A stretch of 64,000 bases of DNA from the NCBI GenBank assembly GCA_024704765.1, contig JAKMXF010000332.1:194259-258258 (forward strand), written 5' to 3'. This DNA is from Oopsacas minuta (Eukaryota; Animalia; Porifera). The translations under genes and the position numbers were made by a program. Of the stretch, positions 27,600 through 40,387 are shown piece by piece (positions within the stretch are counted from its first letter, which is position 1; every line of letters begins with the position of its first letter). The notes under the pieces were generated by a model. It searched no databases. It was not told where the DNA came from and saw only the letters and a program-made list of their open reading frames with translations.

Positions 27600-28347
27600 G
27601 AATTAGAGAAAAATTGAGGCGTGGAGTCGAAGGTGATGGTATGTCTGATAGACTTGAAGAATGGTCACTATACCAGAATTCCAGATCAATGTTTTTTGAA
27701 ATGTCTTCTGAAATAGGAGCTTCATCCCTATCAGATGATACAATAGCATATTTAATGCTGGTTCAGTTTTCTTCTCTGGACTTGCATGTGATGATCTATC
27801 ACCAAAGCTGTCTTTCTCGAAATTCTTCTCTTCAGAATCTCGGGTTTTTATGTATCTAATACACTTAATAAGCATTCGCGATTACTTTTCCTTACATTAC
27901 AGAATGGGGTATGCCTTGGCCACCATTTAGGTTGTTTCTGGCTCTTTAAGTTTCGTTTTCTTCCTAAACGAGTAAAATGGTAAACCCAGAGAATACGTAG
28001 TACAAATAATTGGGCAATTAAATACGTATTACCAAACTTACAGATTGCTGTGTTATCCAACCGACCATCCGCCGAAGTGTTGAGGCATTCAATCTGTGAT
28101 AGTTTTTTGTGGATAATTCTGCAAAATCTCTATCAATTTCTTGTTTTACTAATGGACTTGCCTGGCTAGGTATGCCATATTTCGCTCTTAATTTTCCAGT
28201 ACACTGCTTGAATGAATATCCCCCAATGACATTCATTTTTCCATTCCAGGTGGATGTTGCACCTATTGCTTCGTCAGTAACCTCAGTAAATACATCTAGA
28301 GCACTTTGAAGGTGTTGTCTAGCATTTGCTTTAGTGACTCGTGGCAT
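27600..28347 (-). pseudogene. Gene with an NRF1/Ewg-like DNA-binding motif (LRR...GR...PKWWPxxxPFxNV) and a Ser/Pro-rich tail, degenerate
   Basis: 109-aa first exon, a 78-nt GT-AG candidate intron (28041-27964), then GRKRNLKSQKQPKWWPRHTPFCNVRK. Splicing leaves a 1-nt frame offset. Confidence 0.45.
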
Positions 28348-28559
28348 TGATAAATTAGTATAAAATTGGAGTGCGATTCGTAAGTTAGTAATTATTATTC
28401 CTCCTGTGGATATTTTACTCGCATATATATATATATTATTGATCCTCCTACGAACATGCTCTAGATCTGTGTAAATTTATATGAGCATGCTCTGTTAACT
28501 TTTGGTTACCTTGAATTTGAAGAAGGAATAAGCTCTTAAATATTCAATACCATTTATTC

Positions 28560-29600
28560 TTTTTGAGATCATTCTTTGACTATATGCGCAGGTTCAAGAT
28601 CACTACAATTTAGAATGATGGACTATCGAAACATTATATGCATCTTTAATGCTCTAGGTGAAAATCATTTTTCAATTTCTCAAAATTGAACCACCATATA
28701 TCTAGTGAGTTGGAATCAGGTAAATCACAATCAACACTATATTCTAGACTATTAGCTATTTCGAGGTTTGTTGAATACTTAAAAATATATCGTCCCAATC
28801 TTCTACCTAATGAAAGCAAATTGCAGTTATTGATATCCACTATCAAAGGTATGATAGTTTCATTAACCAATTACAGAAAAAAAGACGGAAAGTGATATTT
28901 ACAAAGAGTCGAAAGGAATTTAGTGACACTACTAAAGTTCTTAAGATGTGGCGTGAGCAACGTAAAACTTACAATTCCTTGTTTCTTTTCGAGAGTTATA
29001 CCGGAAACGATGATATAAATGTATCACAAGATGACTATTTAAAGATGCGAAACTTTTTGATGACAGAGTTAATTATCCCAAATGGACTTAGACCGGGTGT
29101 TATTACTGGAGTCATTATTGAGGAAATAGAATCAGCAGAATTTGAAATTACTGAACAGGGTTATCATAAGATTATTGTTACAAATCATAAAACTGGAAAT
29201 ATTCAGCCAGCCACTTTATTTGTATACCCTGAAATTTTTCGTTCGCTTGATATCTTCGTGCATATAATTTTGTATAAACTTCCTTGTTATCTGTCTAATA
29301 CCATTCAATTATCAAAAGAATCTTTTGTTTTCCAGACTTATATGGGTCAACCAATACCATCGCCCAAAATCACTCTGATATTGAGGAATTTTCTCTCTCA
29401 AATGGGTATTTCTTTTACTGGTACATTAACTGATATTAAAAAAGCTACGGCTACATAAATTGCGAAATTTGATCCCCAAATGAACGATGTGATGTCTTTG
29501 TTTCTTAGCCACAGTAGAAAGGCCCACGACAAGTACTAAGTGATGAATGTTGGACATGATGGGCTAGGTGAAGCTTTTAAAAGTCTTGAGAATTATCAAT
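28560..29600 (+). pseudogene. Phage-integrase-family tyrosine recombinase (Crypton-like), disrupted
   Basis: Catalytic-order motifs NGLRPG (R), NHKTG (K), TDIKKATAT (degenerate H-x-x-R box), FLSHS (H) and HDKY (Y). N-terminal helical region 28686-28895. Frameshift near 28890 and stops at 29456 and 29538. Confidence 0.8.
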
Positions 29601-29989
29601 CTGATCCTGATCATTTGAATTATTGTAGCACTACTGTAGAATCTGGGAATCTATCTCTACTAGAAGATTCAGAGTTAATTAATGGACTATCAGAATGTTC
29701 TTCAGTACTTCTGATCATACCTCAACTCCCCTTAAAGATTTGTACTCTAAGACTATTGAAGTAACTCAATCGCACAATATTATTCTCCGTGATTTCCATT
29801 GCTCTGATAAAGATCTTCTGCCTACTACTACAGAACTTGAAGATTTTGTTCCAATTATACCTGAGATGCAATCAACTAACTTAAGTTCATCTCGTGTATC
29901 AAATTCTCCTCTCTCGGAATAATTGATATTTCCAGATTTTTCACAGGAGACCAACACACTTATAACAGCGGGTCCTATTCCAACGCACT

Positions 29990-30790
29990 GCTCATCGGAT
30001 TACCATTCATACAGAATCAAACAAGATCATGTTGTATGATTGCTGCATTGAATGATTTGGTGTGCAATTGGTGTACAAACGGAACGTTTAAAACGCGGCG
30101 AAACACTTCTTCCAACTGTATACAATTCATGCTGAGAGAAGATATTTATTCCTCGGATTCCGTTATTCCTGCGTTTATGCTTTGACTACATATAAGAGTG
30201 ATTCCAGCCATATTACTGTCCTGAGGAAATTATTAGAAAATCGAATGATAGTAATGTTGGATTTTGTAAAATGTGCCATAAATGCTTTTGAAGAAAATGT
30301 TATTGTGGCCATATCAGATTGTTTCTTATATTTCTCGCAAAACATCCCCACAAAAGATTCTATCTCTTGGGCTAGCATCCAAATGCAAGAATGATAAGGC
30401 CTGTGCTTTGAAATTAAAGATGCATCCGAGTCTGACTTTCATTCCAGAACACGAATTGCCTCATGTATTTGTGTTAATGCAGTACTTTCCCTAGCCAGCT
30501 CGTGAAACAAGTATATTGGTAAAATAATGGGCAATCACACCAGAAAAAATCTACCAGTTCCAAATTCAGATATTGAACAGGTACGAGAGGATAAGCACAA
30601 AACTGGCTAAAATAAATAACTCAGTCGAAGGATGGCACAATGCAATCAAATAAAGGATATCTTCCCTACACCAATCTCAAGTTAATTTCAAAATATTCCT
30701 ACAAAGAGAACAAACGTTTCAGGAAGCAAATGTCGCAGAGTGGGAAGCAGGGACTGTCATTGCAAATCGAAGGAGTGTCACTCGTGCAGA
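29990..30790 (+). pseudogene. Mutator-like (MULE) transposase fragment
   Basis: Motifs WCTNGTFKT (degenerate DGTF), FFQLYTIHA, VMLDFVKCAINAF, CFLYFSQNI and NNSVEGWHN. Confidence 0.8.
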
Positions 30791-31394
30791 ATGGCTATTA
30801 CACATTGTTATGGGTTATTAAAATAGAGATCCTGTTGATTTCTCGAGAGGAGCTAGCTACAATTTGGATTATGACAACACAACCAATCATTAATATCAGC
30901 ATAGTTTGTTTAAAGCTTTTACAATTATTCTTATCACTTATTATCTCTATAATCAGTTCGAAAGATGTTAAGAATAAGGCCAAATAGGTTTATCAAGTAT
31001 AATATAATATATACGCAAATACGCGCACTATCTCCTGTATCAATATGAGAAAAATTAGTGGTTATCAAATATCTAAGAATGTGGATAATATATATATTAC
31101 AAAGAAAAAAGTTGTTGCAGTGTTGATAAAGGTAGCACTAGATGACAATCGGGGTTTAGGATTGAAATATTATTCTGAGGAAAACCCCCAGACTCCCTCT
31201 AATACAATCGCTCACTACGTTCGCTCTTTTACAAATCCTGGATTCGCAAATGATACCCCAGATATGCTCGGACCGACGGGGACAAAATAAACATCTGAGT
31301 AAGTGATAGGAAATGCCTTTTTGATCAACAGAATACTTCAACACAATATTTAATCTGTACTTAATTACATAAAAGGAATAATATTATTTCTAAG

Positions 31395-31616
31395 GTGTAT
31401 TTCAGGCCGGGCGCCACAGTGGGTGTCCTGCTATCTGAACACACAACCACGAAAAATTTAGCATTTCCTTATATAGCAAGGCGTTGTAGACACTGTGAGC
31501 TCCCAATTGCACCAACTGGTAGTTGGCCATACATTAAATGTTCCGTTTGTGCATTAGATACCCAAAAAGCAACATTTATGTCCGGTAAGCAACATATATT
31601 TCCTAATAGTACTTGA
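31395..31616 (+). CDS. Short ORF with a C2-C2 zinc-ribbon-like motif
   Basis: CRHC-x13-CSVC in a 73-aa ORF; context unclear. Confidence 0.3.
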   Translation: MYFRPGATVGVLLSEHTTTKNLAFPYIARRCRHCELPIAPTGSWPYIKCSVCALDTQKATFMSGKQHIFPNST

Positions 31617-33779
31617 AATCTTCCGATAGCACAGTATATTCCAAAGGTAAGGCACCATAAAAGTCCCGCCAGCACTTTGATGTCCGGTTATCACATTAAA
31701 TGTCCCAATAGCACCATTAGTGTCCTGTTATAACTTTTTATATCCCGATATTAGGGATTGACTTGCCTACGGGGAAGAACGGGAGATCTTCCGGTGGGTC
31801 GATGGGCCAGTGAGCTGCTTATAAACCATTCTGTGCAGTGCAAGAATTTCTCAAAACACCATAGAACTGTCAAAAGACGATAAATATTATGGGAGTATTT
31901 CAAGGTCTGCTATTATCATGATCATTCTGCCCATTTCCTATTGTCAATATATTACGGTAATCTAATTCTCCAAAATATATTTACTCCTTATCTTGCTGCC
32001 TGGGCTACATTAGAGGTCGCAATCTCGGCGTTTCTTGCCTTCTAATTAGAACGTGTTAGAGAATATATTTTGATAGGGCAAGACATTTTGACACCTATCA
32101 CATCGAGTTTCTAGAGATATCATTTAGATATTACAATTTATCACATTCTATACACATGATAAAACTAATCTCTAGCTCTTACTATGTCCCAATTGCATCT
32201 TATGTCCCAATCGCACATAATATGTCAAGATATCACCTTATATGTCTCATTAGGCCCTTAAATTTCATAAAAACTTCAATACTTAGTCTAAGGCAACCCT
32301 CGTTGGACGAAGTACCCCTTTTTACAGTATGTAATATGCGACAAAGTGTAAAAAGATAATAATTCGAAATTTGAAAAAGATTATATGATCCAATTATCAG
32401 AAAATTTTAGCATGTAACTATTAATGTAGGAAATGTAAATATTTCAATTTAAGCGCTAAGAACGGCCAACTGTGTCGACCTTGTCAATAATCTTGCACAA
32501 AGGTATCCCTAAGGTACATACCTTTTTGATCATCTTTGTATTCACAATGTGTTCTGGATAACTTTCATATAGTACTGAAAGAATTGGAGAGAACTAATGG
32601 CATGTGTGAGCTCGTTCCAAAATATCGCTCTTAGATACATTGACTTTGCTAGCTAGATGCGAAATTAATTCAGAAAAACATCTTTAAAAATATTCTCATC
32701 ATTCTGGTTCTAAATATGCTTCTTGGATGGGCTTTTCGTAATTCCATTTTAGAATATGGACTACGACGATTTTCTTTACAGAAATAATTATTCGATTCAC
32801 ACATAAGTGAAAAGGCTTCATCTTGATTCCCATGTCAATCTTGTTCAGATTATGCTCACATTTCAAAGAGGTAGATTCATGGACAGATGATTCAATAGAT
32901 AAATTAAATGCAGAATCACTAGATTCACAGCTTAGTAATCAAAATACTACGGTTTAGAATGGGAAATGGATAAATTTCCATGCAAGAAATTTCATGAAAT
33001 CCATATATTTTAATTCAATCCGTTTTTCCAGACAAATTATATTGCATATATTGTTTATTGCATAAATGCATTTTAATTTAAGAGTACAAGGCACTAACCC
33101 AAGGCCTTCTTAAGTCAAGTACATGATAAGGGAGTTCTACTGTAGTAACCAGCTTAGGCATCGCATAACAGTTGTGGAATTTACAGGGTAAAGGGGGCAA
33201 TTGCCCAACCAGTCACCAAAATGTCATTATTCTCGTATAAAATGACATGGGGTTATATAAATATTAGAACTAAATTGTTGTTACAAATGTGATAAAAATA
33301 GCACTTGATGGATATTCGGGTGTTAGGTATTGAAATTTTACAAGGGGTAGACCCCCCAACAGGGGTGTCCCTGGGGGGTAGTTATTCTCCACCCATTTTT
33401 GAGCATGAAATATTCTTACTAATAGGCTTTTGACATTTTCTATACTTTTGATATTTCCTCTTCTACAGACTAAATATAACATTTCTTCATTCAATTTAAA
33501 CTTTTAAATACTTGGAAAATTATTCTAACTTTCTTGATTTTTCCCTTTTTATTTCCACAAAATTTTTCAAAAATTCCATTATTCCTAAATTAGAAGAGGC
33601 CGCAAAAATACAGATAACATCAGATAGCTCAGAATTTTTCAATAGTTATTCAATTATGTAATATATTTGACATACTAAACTATCTAAATGCGCTTTTATG
33701 AAAATAAAGTTAAGTTAATATTTACCATTTTGAACAATTTAGGTAGTTTAATCTTTTTATATATCATCTTCATAACAAT

Positions 33780-33990
33780 AAACTGAGTTGGTCTACAAAC
33801 TCTCCAGCTATTAAAGAATCCATGAAGTTATTCAATCCCTTATTCAGGAAAAAACTGGTTTGAAAGTTGACCTACCTGTTCCCAGCGGCGGAACGACTTC
33901 TACAGGGAATGTTGCTCGAGGAGCCTTTTCTGACGACACTGGTACCTCAAATGTGTATTATCTACAATTGGAATTTACCATCGACCAACT
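33780..33990 (+). pseudogene. Transib (RAG1-related) transposase fragment
   Basis: KTGLKVDLPVPSGGTTSTGNVARGAFSD resembles the Transib G-x-x-V-D-x-P...G-T-x-x-x-G-N-x-A-R-x-x-F motif. Confidence 0.6.
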
Positions 33991-34514
33991 TTAACGAAAT
34001 CCATACGTGAGATTAGCCTCCCAGAGCGATCCTATTTCTATAAGCTTTCGGCGAAGTTTAACTTGTGAAATATGTGGCCAATCTGGTCATTCATCGAGAT
34101 CAAAATGTTGTGAATCAGATAATATCCAATACCCATCCGATATAGATGCTCTATTCGCTTTCTTAACCAGTTCCTCATAGTTGCTATACTTGTACTTAGA
34201 TAAATAGTTATGTATTCATCTGTACACATGATTTTTGTGTTTTATGAATTAATTATTACCAACCATATTTTGAATAAATTTTATGCACTCTAATGACGTA
34301 ATATCAAGAAAAATGGATGTCTTAGAAGAAAATTAACATCCGCAATAGACTCGTAGATATCGATAATAAATATGCAAATAATACATTATACAATGATAGG
34401 ACTCATAAAATTACCTATTCCTTACCAAATGCCGTTTTAAACCACTGTGCAATGATCATGAATCTAGGATTATGAATGTGGGACAATTATTATAATATAC
34501 AAATAACTTATATA

Positions 34515-34630
34515 TAGCTCAGCTATACTATAGTACAGTTTTTGTGTGTTAGCTTTTCTATCTTCAAGGAAAGGTCATTTTTCGGATTAATGAAAGTCAC
34601 CTTTTGAATGAGGCCATGGGGTTTTTGTAT
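34515..34630. repeat. Dispersed ~120-bp repeat; inverted copy at 44925-45045
   Basis: Shared core TTTTTCGGATTAATGAAAGTCACC...GAATGAGGCCAT, read on opposite strands. Confidence 0.75.
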
Positions 34631-35354
34631 TGCAAAAAAATGTACTATACTATAGTTCAGATATATATATGGAATCTCTATAATATATGTGTTTATATAT
34701 TGCTAGAAAAGGATCCTCGACAGTTAACTGGGATGATTCTATTAGTGCATTATTGCAACACTGAATAATTCTCGGGAACAAGTATATAATGGATGTATAC
34801 TTTCCAACTTTTATAATTGACATTCCTAGATCCCATGGAAATATTTCCTTCATTTCTCAAGCACTTCGGCAGCAAAATTTTGCTCCCTCAATTTAATTTG
34901 TTATTCTAATGCCCCCAAGGTTGAAATTATGGAATATCCAATTAGCCAAAACTTATGTGATTTGCATCCCAAAATACTTTCGCCTTGTTATCCCACTGCC
35001 ACCAGACCCCTTCATACATTCGCTGGCGCGTTTCGCCTACCTTTTCTAAATTCTGGATCCGCCACTACATAAAGAATTATTTTATATGTAATTAAACCTC
35101 AATAATGCAAATACTTTGTTCTAAAATTTTTCAGATTATCTCTTCTCAGCCCCATGTAGCCCGATCTCTAGCTCCGCCGCTGATCAATATTCTTAAACGC
35201 GATTGATCTGTAAATGTGTACAGGGTGCGTTTTAAGTCCTGTCCTATAGCTAAATATCTTAAACTTCAATAAAACACTTGCTATAATTCTCAAACTTGTA
35301 CTACTAATTAGAAATGCCAGTATCTTCATTTATACACACACAAGTTACTCAATA

Positions 35355-37965
35355 CAGGGTGTTTCATAATTGATGCCCTATTCAGATTTAATATATTTTA
35401 TAGAATACCCATTAGTACTATTTTACTACAGGAGCATTCAATATATACTAATCACTGTATATTTTTAATGAAATAGCAGTTCTAAGCTAGTATTTCTCAG
35501 TGCAATTCTATAGAACCATAATTCAACTTTCTAACAAAACTTAGAGAGAGTTGATCACTTAATTATTTCCTAAGTTTCAGTTATTTTTAGAAACCTACAT
35601 TTTCTCCTTTACATTTTTCATGGCTTCTTGTCCAAATTTTCGGAACTTGAACAACGAACGTACATCAAATTTCGCACCATTCTCGAAATCCCTCCAGTCT
35701 ATTCATAACGAGTTGGCAACGATATGTGGAGAAGATACTTTATCGTATTCAACTGTCAGAAGGTGGGTGAGCCTATTTAGGGAAGGTAGGACCTCTGTCC
35801 AAGACGCCCCCCGTCCTGGAGCACCAAAACTGGTGACCAACAATGACAAATTGAGTGAAGTAAAGGAATATGTCGAGTCTTTTCCGCATTCTTCGGTTGA
35901 GGAGGTAGCTAACTATGTTGGCATTTCAACGAGAAGTGCACACACAATTCTGAAGGCGGATTTAGAACTGAGGAAGATCCAAGTGCGATGGATACCACAT
36001 TGCTTAACTTTTCCACAAAAGGCCGCGAGACTCCAAATGGCTAAGGAAAACCTTGAAATTTATGAAGGAAGTGACCCTAGGCGGTTATTAGAGATAGTGA
36101 CAGGAGATGAAACATGGATACAATTCAAACCACCGATCAGAAAGCAAGATGGCAGGGTATGGCTAAAGAAGGGAAAGGTACCCCCAGCTGTTTATGTATC
36201 CGACTTCCGTGCCCCGAAGGTCTTGTACTGCATATTTTTCGATGGCCTAGGTCCTGTAGCCCAAATCCCTGTTCCCAAAGGTGAGACACTCACAGGACAA
36301 TTTTACGCAGATGTGGTGTTGCCTGAGGTCGAAAAACATTATCTTAAGCGTCGTCCAAAGACTGGAACTCGTGGTCTCAAAATTTTGCACGATAATGCTA
36401 GACCGCATAAATCTTTGGCTGTAAGGCAAAAAATTAAAGATATGGGTATGCACGAAGTTCCACATCCACCTTACTCCCCTGATATAGCCCCATGTGACTT
36501 CTGGCTGTTAGAAAACTCAAAGATTACCTCTCCGGACGTGAATTTGAGGATCGGCTCAGCCTCGGTCGGGCAATTTACAGATACCTTGAAGTCATTCCCA
36601 AGGATGAGTACAGAAAGACATTTGAAAATTGGATTAAAAGGCTAAATTCAGTTGTAGCGTATAAAGGAGACTACTTTGAACATTCATAGCAAAAATTACC
36701 AACTTTACACAAGTATCTATAGTTTTAGATGGTATGATTAGTATTTATTGAATGCCCCTGTAGTTGGACTATTCAGCATATATCTCCATAATATGACTGC
36801 GTAGTAGCTTTTTACGTATCTTATGGTCAAAGAACAGACTATTCAAACTCGTAATCGAGCAATTGGCATGTTGTAGGGTGGGTTGACCCAGAAATCGGTT
36901 GCTCAACAGATTGGAGTTAATATCCGAACAGTTCGTCGTTGGTGGTTGTGCTTTCTTGGAGGTCAGTCGCTCAAAAACAAATGGGGTCGTGGCCGAAAAA
37001 CATCCGTCCCAATCCCAGCAAAATTAGTCATCACTAAGTCGACCCATAAAAGACACCAATCAACCAGATCCATCTCTCGGAAGTTGAAATCCAAGCGATA
37101 TTCAATCTCATACAACACCGTATATCGTTATTTACGGGATACCCTTAACTTCAAGGCATATAAACGCCAGCAGCAACCCAAATTAACGGACAAACAGAAA
37201 GAAAACCGATTGAAATTCTGTAAAGCACGTAAAGATTGGACAACAGAGGAATGGAAAAGGGTTATTTTCTCTGATGAATGCCCCTTTGAACTGATCCATG
37301 CACCAAATCGGCAGAATGATCGAATTTGGGCACCTGACAAGTCAAATGTTCAACTAGTAGAACTGGTGAAACACCCACCTAAAATACAGGTGTGGGGGAT
37401 GATCTCTTACCAAGTTGTCTCCGATTTGCACATGATAGATCCTGGACAAACAATAACTGGAGATTACTATGTGAACGAAATTATGAAGAAGACTCTTTGT
37501 GTCACATATAAAAGAAAACGAAAAACTGGATCGACTATCCAGAGAAAGATAGTGCACAACATGTCTCATTCAATTTTCCAACAAGACGGTGCACCAGCCC
37601 ATCACTCAAAAAAGTCTCAAGAATGGTTAAAAAATTATCTGCCTTCGTTCTGGGAGAAAGGTATTTGGCCTGGCAACTCGCCAGATCTTAATCCGATAGA
37701 AAATGTATGGGCAATAATGAAAAGTGACATGGATACTATGGCTCTTCCCAACAATCTGAAAAATGCTTGAAAATAACATAAAACTGGCCTGGTCGAGACT
37801 TTCGCGTGATACTTTAGAGTCATTATATAATGGGATGCCAAATAGAGTCAAAAAGTGCATCAAACTACATGGTGGTTACATTACAAAGTGAATTATTTGA
37901 TTGCTAGCTATTAGTGCTGCGTTAATTCATTGTGTATGATAGGGCATCAATTATGAAACACCCTG
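35355..37965 (+). mobile_element. DD37E ITm element (ORF 36883-37770) with nested mariner
   Basis: 26-bp TIR CAGGGTGTTTCATAATTGATGCCCTA with TA TSD. Motifs FSDEC and QQDGAPAH...PDLNPIE with 37 spacer residues. Length is 1277 bp without the insert. Confidence 0.93.
35429..36760 (+). mobile_element. mariner (DD34D) element; 341-aa ORF 35620-36645 frameshifted at both ends
   Basis: TIR CAGG(A/G)GCATTCAATA(T/A)ATACTAATCA with TA TSD. Motifs WIPH, TGDETW, HDNARPH and YSPDIAPCDF, with 34 spacer residues. Confidence 0.95.
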
Positions 37966-39007
37966 TATATCCACCTTTGTTTTGAATAACTTTTGATAAT
38001 CTATCAGGTAGGGCCTCTACAACAGCACGGAGTACCTCTTGTGGTATCTTTACCCATTCCTCTCTCAACTTTGATTTTAAAGCCTCGACAGTTTTGTGAG
38101 AGTTAGTCAAAGTCTAGTTTCAAGAATGAACCATTTGGAATAGTCCATTGGGTTGAGGTCTGAGCTATAGGGTGACCATTGTTCTTTCTCAATAAAGTGT
38201 GGAACATCTTATGGAGCCAGCTTTGAGTGACATTTGATGTGTGGGCTGGTGCCCATCTTGCTGGAATATATGCTGCTCACCATTAAGCATGTTTCCACTA
38301 CGGTTCTTTACTACGGGCTCTAAAATTAGGCTATAGTATGTCGTGAAGTTCATTTTCACCCCTGATGGAACAAATATCAGAGGCGTCTGACCCACAGCTA
38401 ATATTCCGGCCCAAACAATTACTGAGAGTAGAATTTGAACTCGAGGAACGTACTTTAGTGCTGGATCAATAGAAGAAGCCTTGTCATATATGATCTTCTC
38501 GTTCTGAGGGTTCAACACCTCAATTGTGAAAATATTTTCATCAGAGAATACAATCTTTTCCAAGGTTTTGGGTAACCTGACTACGGAGTTTTCCTTTGCA
38601 TCTCTCTAGCCTCTTCGCATTTACATGTTCAGTTAGGAAGTGAATTTTCCTTCGTTTGAATGAATGCATTCCAAAGTCGATATTAACAACTTTCCGGACC
38701 GAAGACTTGGAGACTTTAAGATCCTTGGCCATTCTTCTCATCGAACGCCGGGATTCCTACGAATGCGTTCATGAATAACCTTTCGGAGTGTTCGAGTTGT
38801 TACTGAACGTGGCCGACCACTTCTCACCCTGTCTGCAACACATCCAATTTCCTCGTATCTACGAATATTACTGTAAACGAACTTTCGCCTACTATTAGGA
38901 AAATTTACGAGCCTCTAAATTTCTTCTGACTCTTTCCATTTTGAATAATTCAACAATAGCTGACCTTTCCAGTTCTATCGAGTGAAAATGGAATAACTTC
39001 AATAATA

Positions 39008-40387
39008 CAGTCTGTCAACTTGAAATTGGGAAAATCTTTTCCGATGTTAGAATGTTCCTAATTGCATTTTCAAATTGGTTATCGTAATAATATTGATAGT
39101 TTGTGTTTTCAACTATTTCTAGTCATTTCTTAACCAACTGAACTTCTCTAGCTGACTGCGGTTACAAAATATTTCAATTTATACTTAGTTACTAATCAAA
39201 TATTCTATATAAACATTTATCACTTGAATTTCTCGCGACACTTCTATTTCTTCGCTAATAATTCTTTACTTTCATCAATTCGAAACCTTAAAATGAACGA
39301 GCAAGAACAGTGCAACAATATCAAGATACTTTTCGGCACATGAATCACGAATTGTATGGAATTATCTCGAAGAACTGGAGTTCCAAATGGTACAGTTTAT
39401 CGCACTGTTTACAAATTGAGGAATGCTGAATCCGTTGATAGAAAGATTGGTTCCGAGAAACAGCGTCAGATCAAAGCAAATAACGCTAGATCACTTGTTA
39501 GTTTGGCAATCAACAATCCTAGGTTATCTGTGAGGAAGTTGACTTGCAAATTTAACAAAAGGCGAGGTCTATCGTCCTCACACGAGGCTGTAAGGATTGA
39601 GATGAAGCGGCGTGGCTTCACCCGCAAGGTTGCTAGAAAGATTCCGATGCTTACACAAACCCATAAGGCTTATCGTGTCGATTGGGCTAAGTCTAACAGA
39701 TGTAGAGATTGGGAGAAAGTTATTTAGCAATGAGATGTCCATTTGGCTAGCTGGTGGCAGAGTATGTGTCTGGTGTAAAGGTGATTCGAAACCAGTAAAA
39801 CCGAGTACGAAACACTCTCCTAAATTGCATGTTTGGGAACGTTTTCAGCACGTGGAACGTTTCCTAACAAGGTTTTCAGAGAAAATCTCACCGGGCGACT
39901 TTATTGCGACATTCTGCACGAATGTTTAGTAGAACAAGCAAGTGTCTTGTACCCTGATGGATGGGTTTGCCAGGAAGACAACGATCCCAAACACACGTGC
40001 AACCTTGCTAAAGGATACATGGAGGAGAAAGGGATACATAGGATGGATTGGCCTGCTTCTAGTCCGGATTTGAATCAGATCGAGAACCTCTGGTCGTGGA
40101 TCAAGAGTGAAATCGATATGAAGTCACCACGAAATTTAAATGAGCTGGAAAGGGAGCTAAATGAAGTATGGAATCCTTTAGAACATGAATTTTACGTCCA
40201 TTTTGGTCATCGATGCCAAAAAGAGTCAAATTAGTACGGAAAAGTAACGGAAATAAGATAAATTATTAGGCCTACTATATTATTGATTGTTTAAGGATTC
40301 TAATAACATATTTAGAATAGAAATACACTAAATGTACTTGTAACTAGGGAAAAACAAAGATCTTCCCAATTTCAAGTTGACAGACTG
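39008..40387 (+). mobile_element. Tc1 (DD34E) element, disrupted
   Basis: TIR CAGTCTGTCAACTTGAAATTGGGAA with TA TSD. Motif QEDNDPKH...PDLNQIE with 34 spacer residues. Confidence 0.95.

Noticed and set aside
33168-35185. One hAT-type element bounded by GC-rich CAGTGGCGGA-like ends
   Set aside because: Several such end-like motifs occur, but no matching TIR pair with an 8-bp TSD was found.
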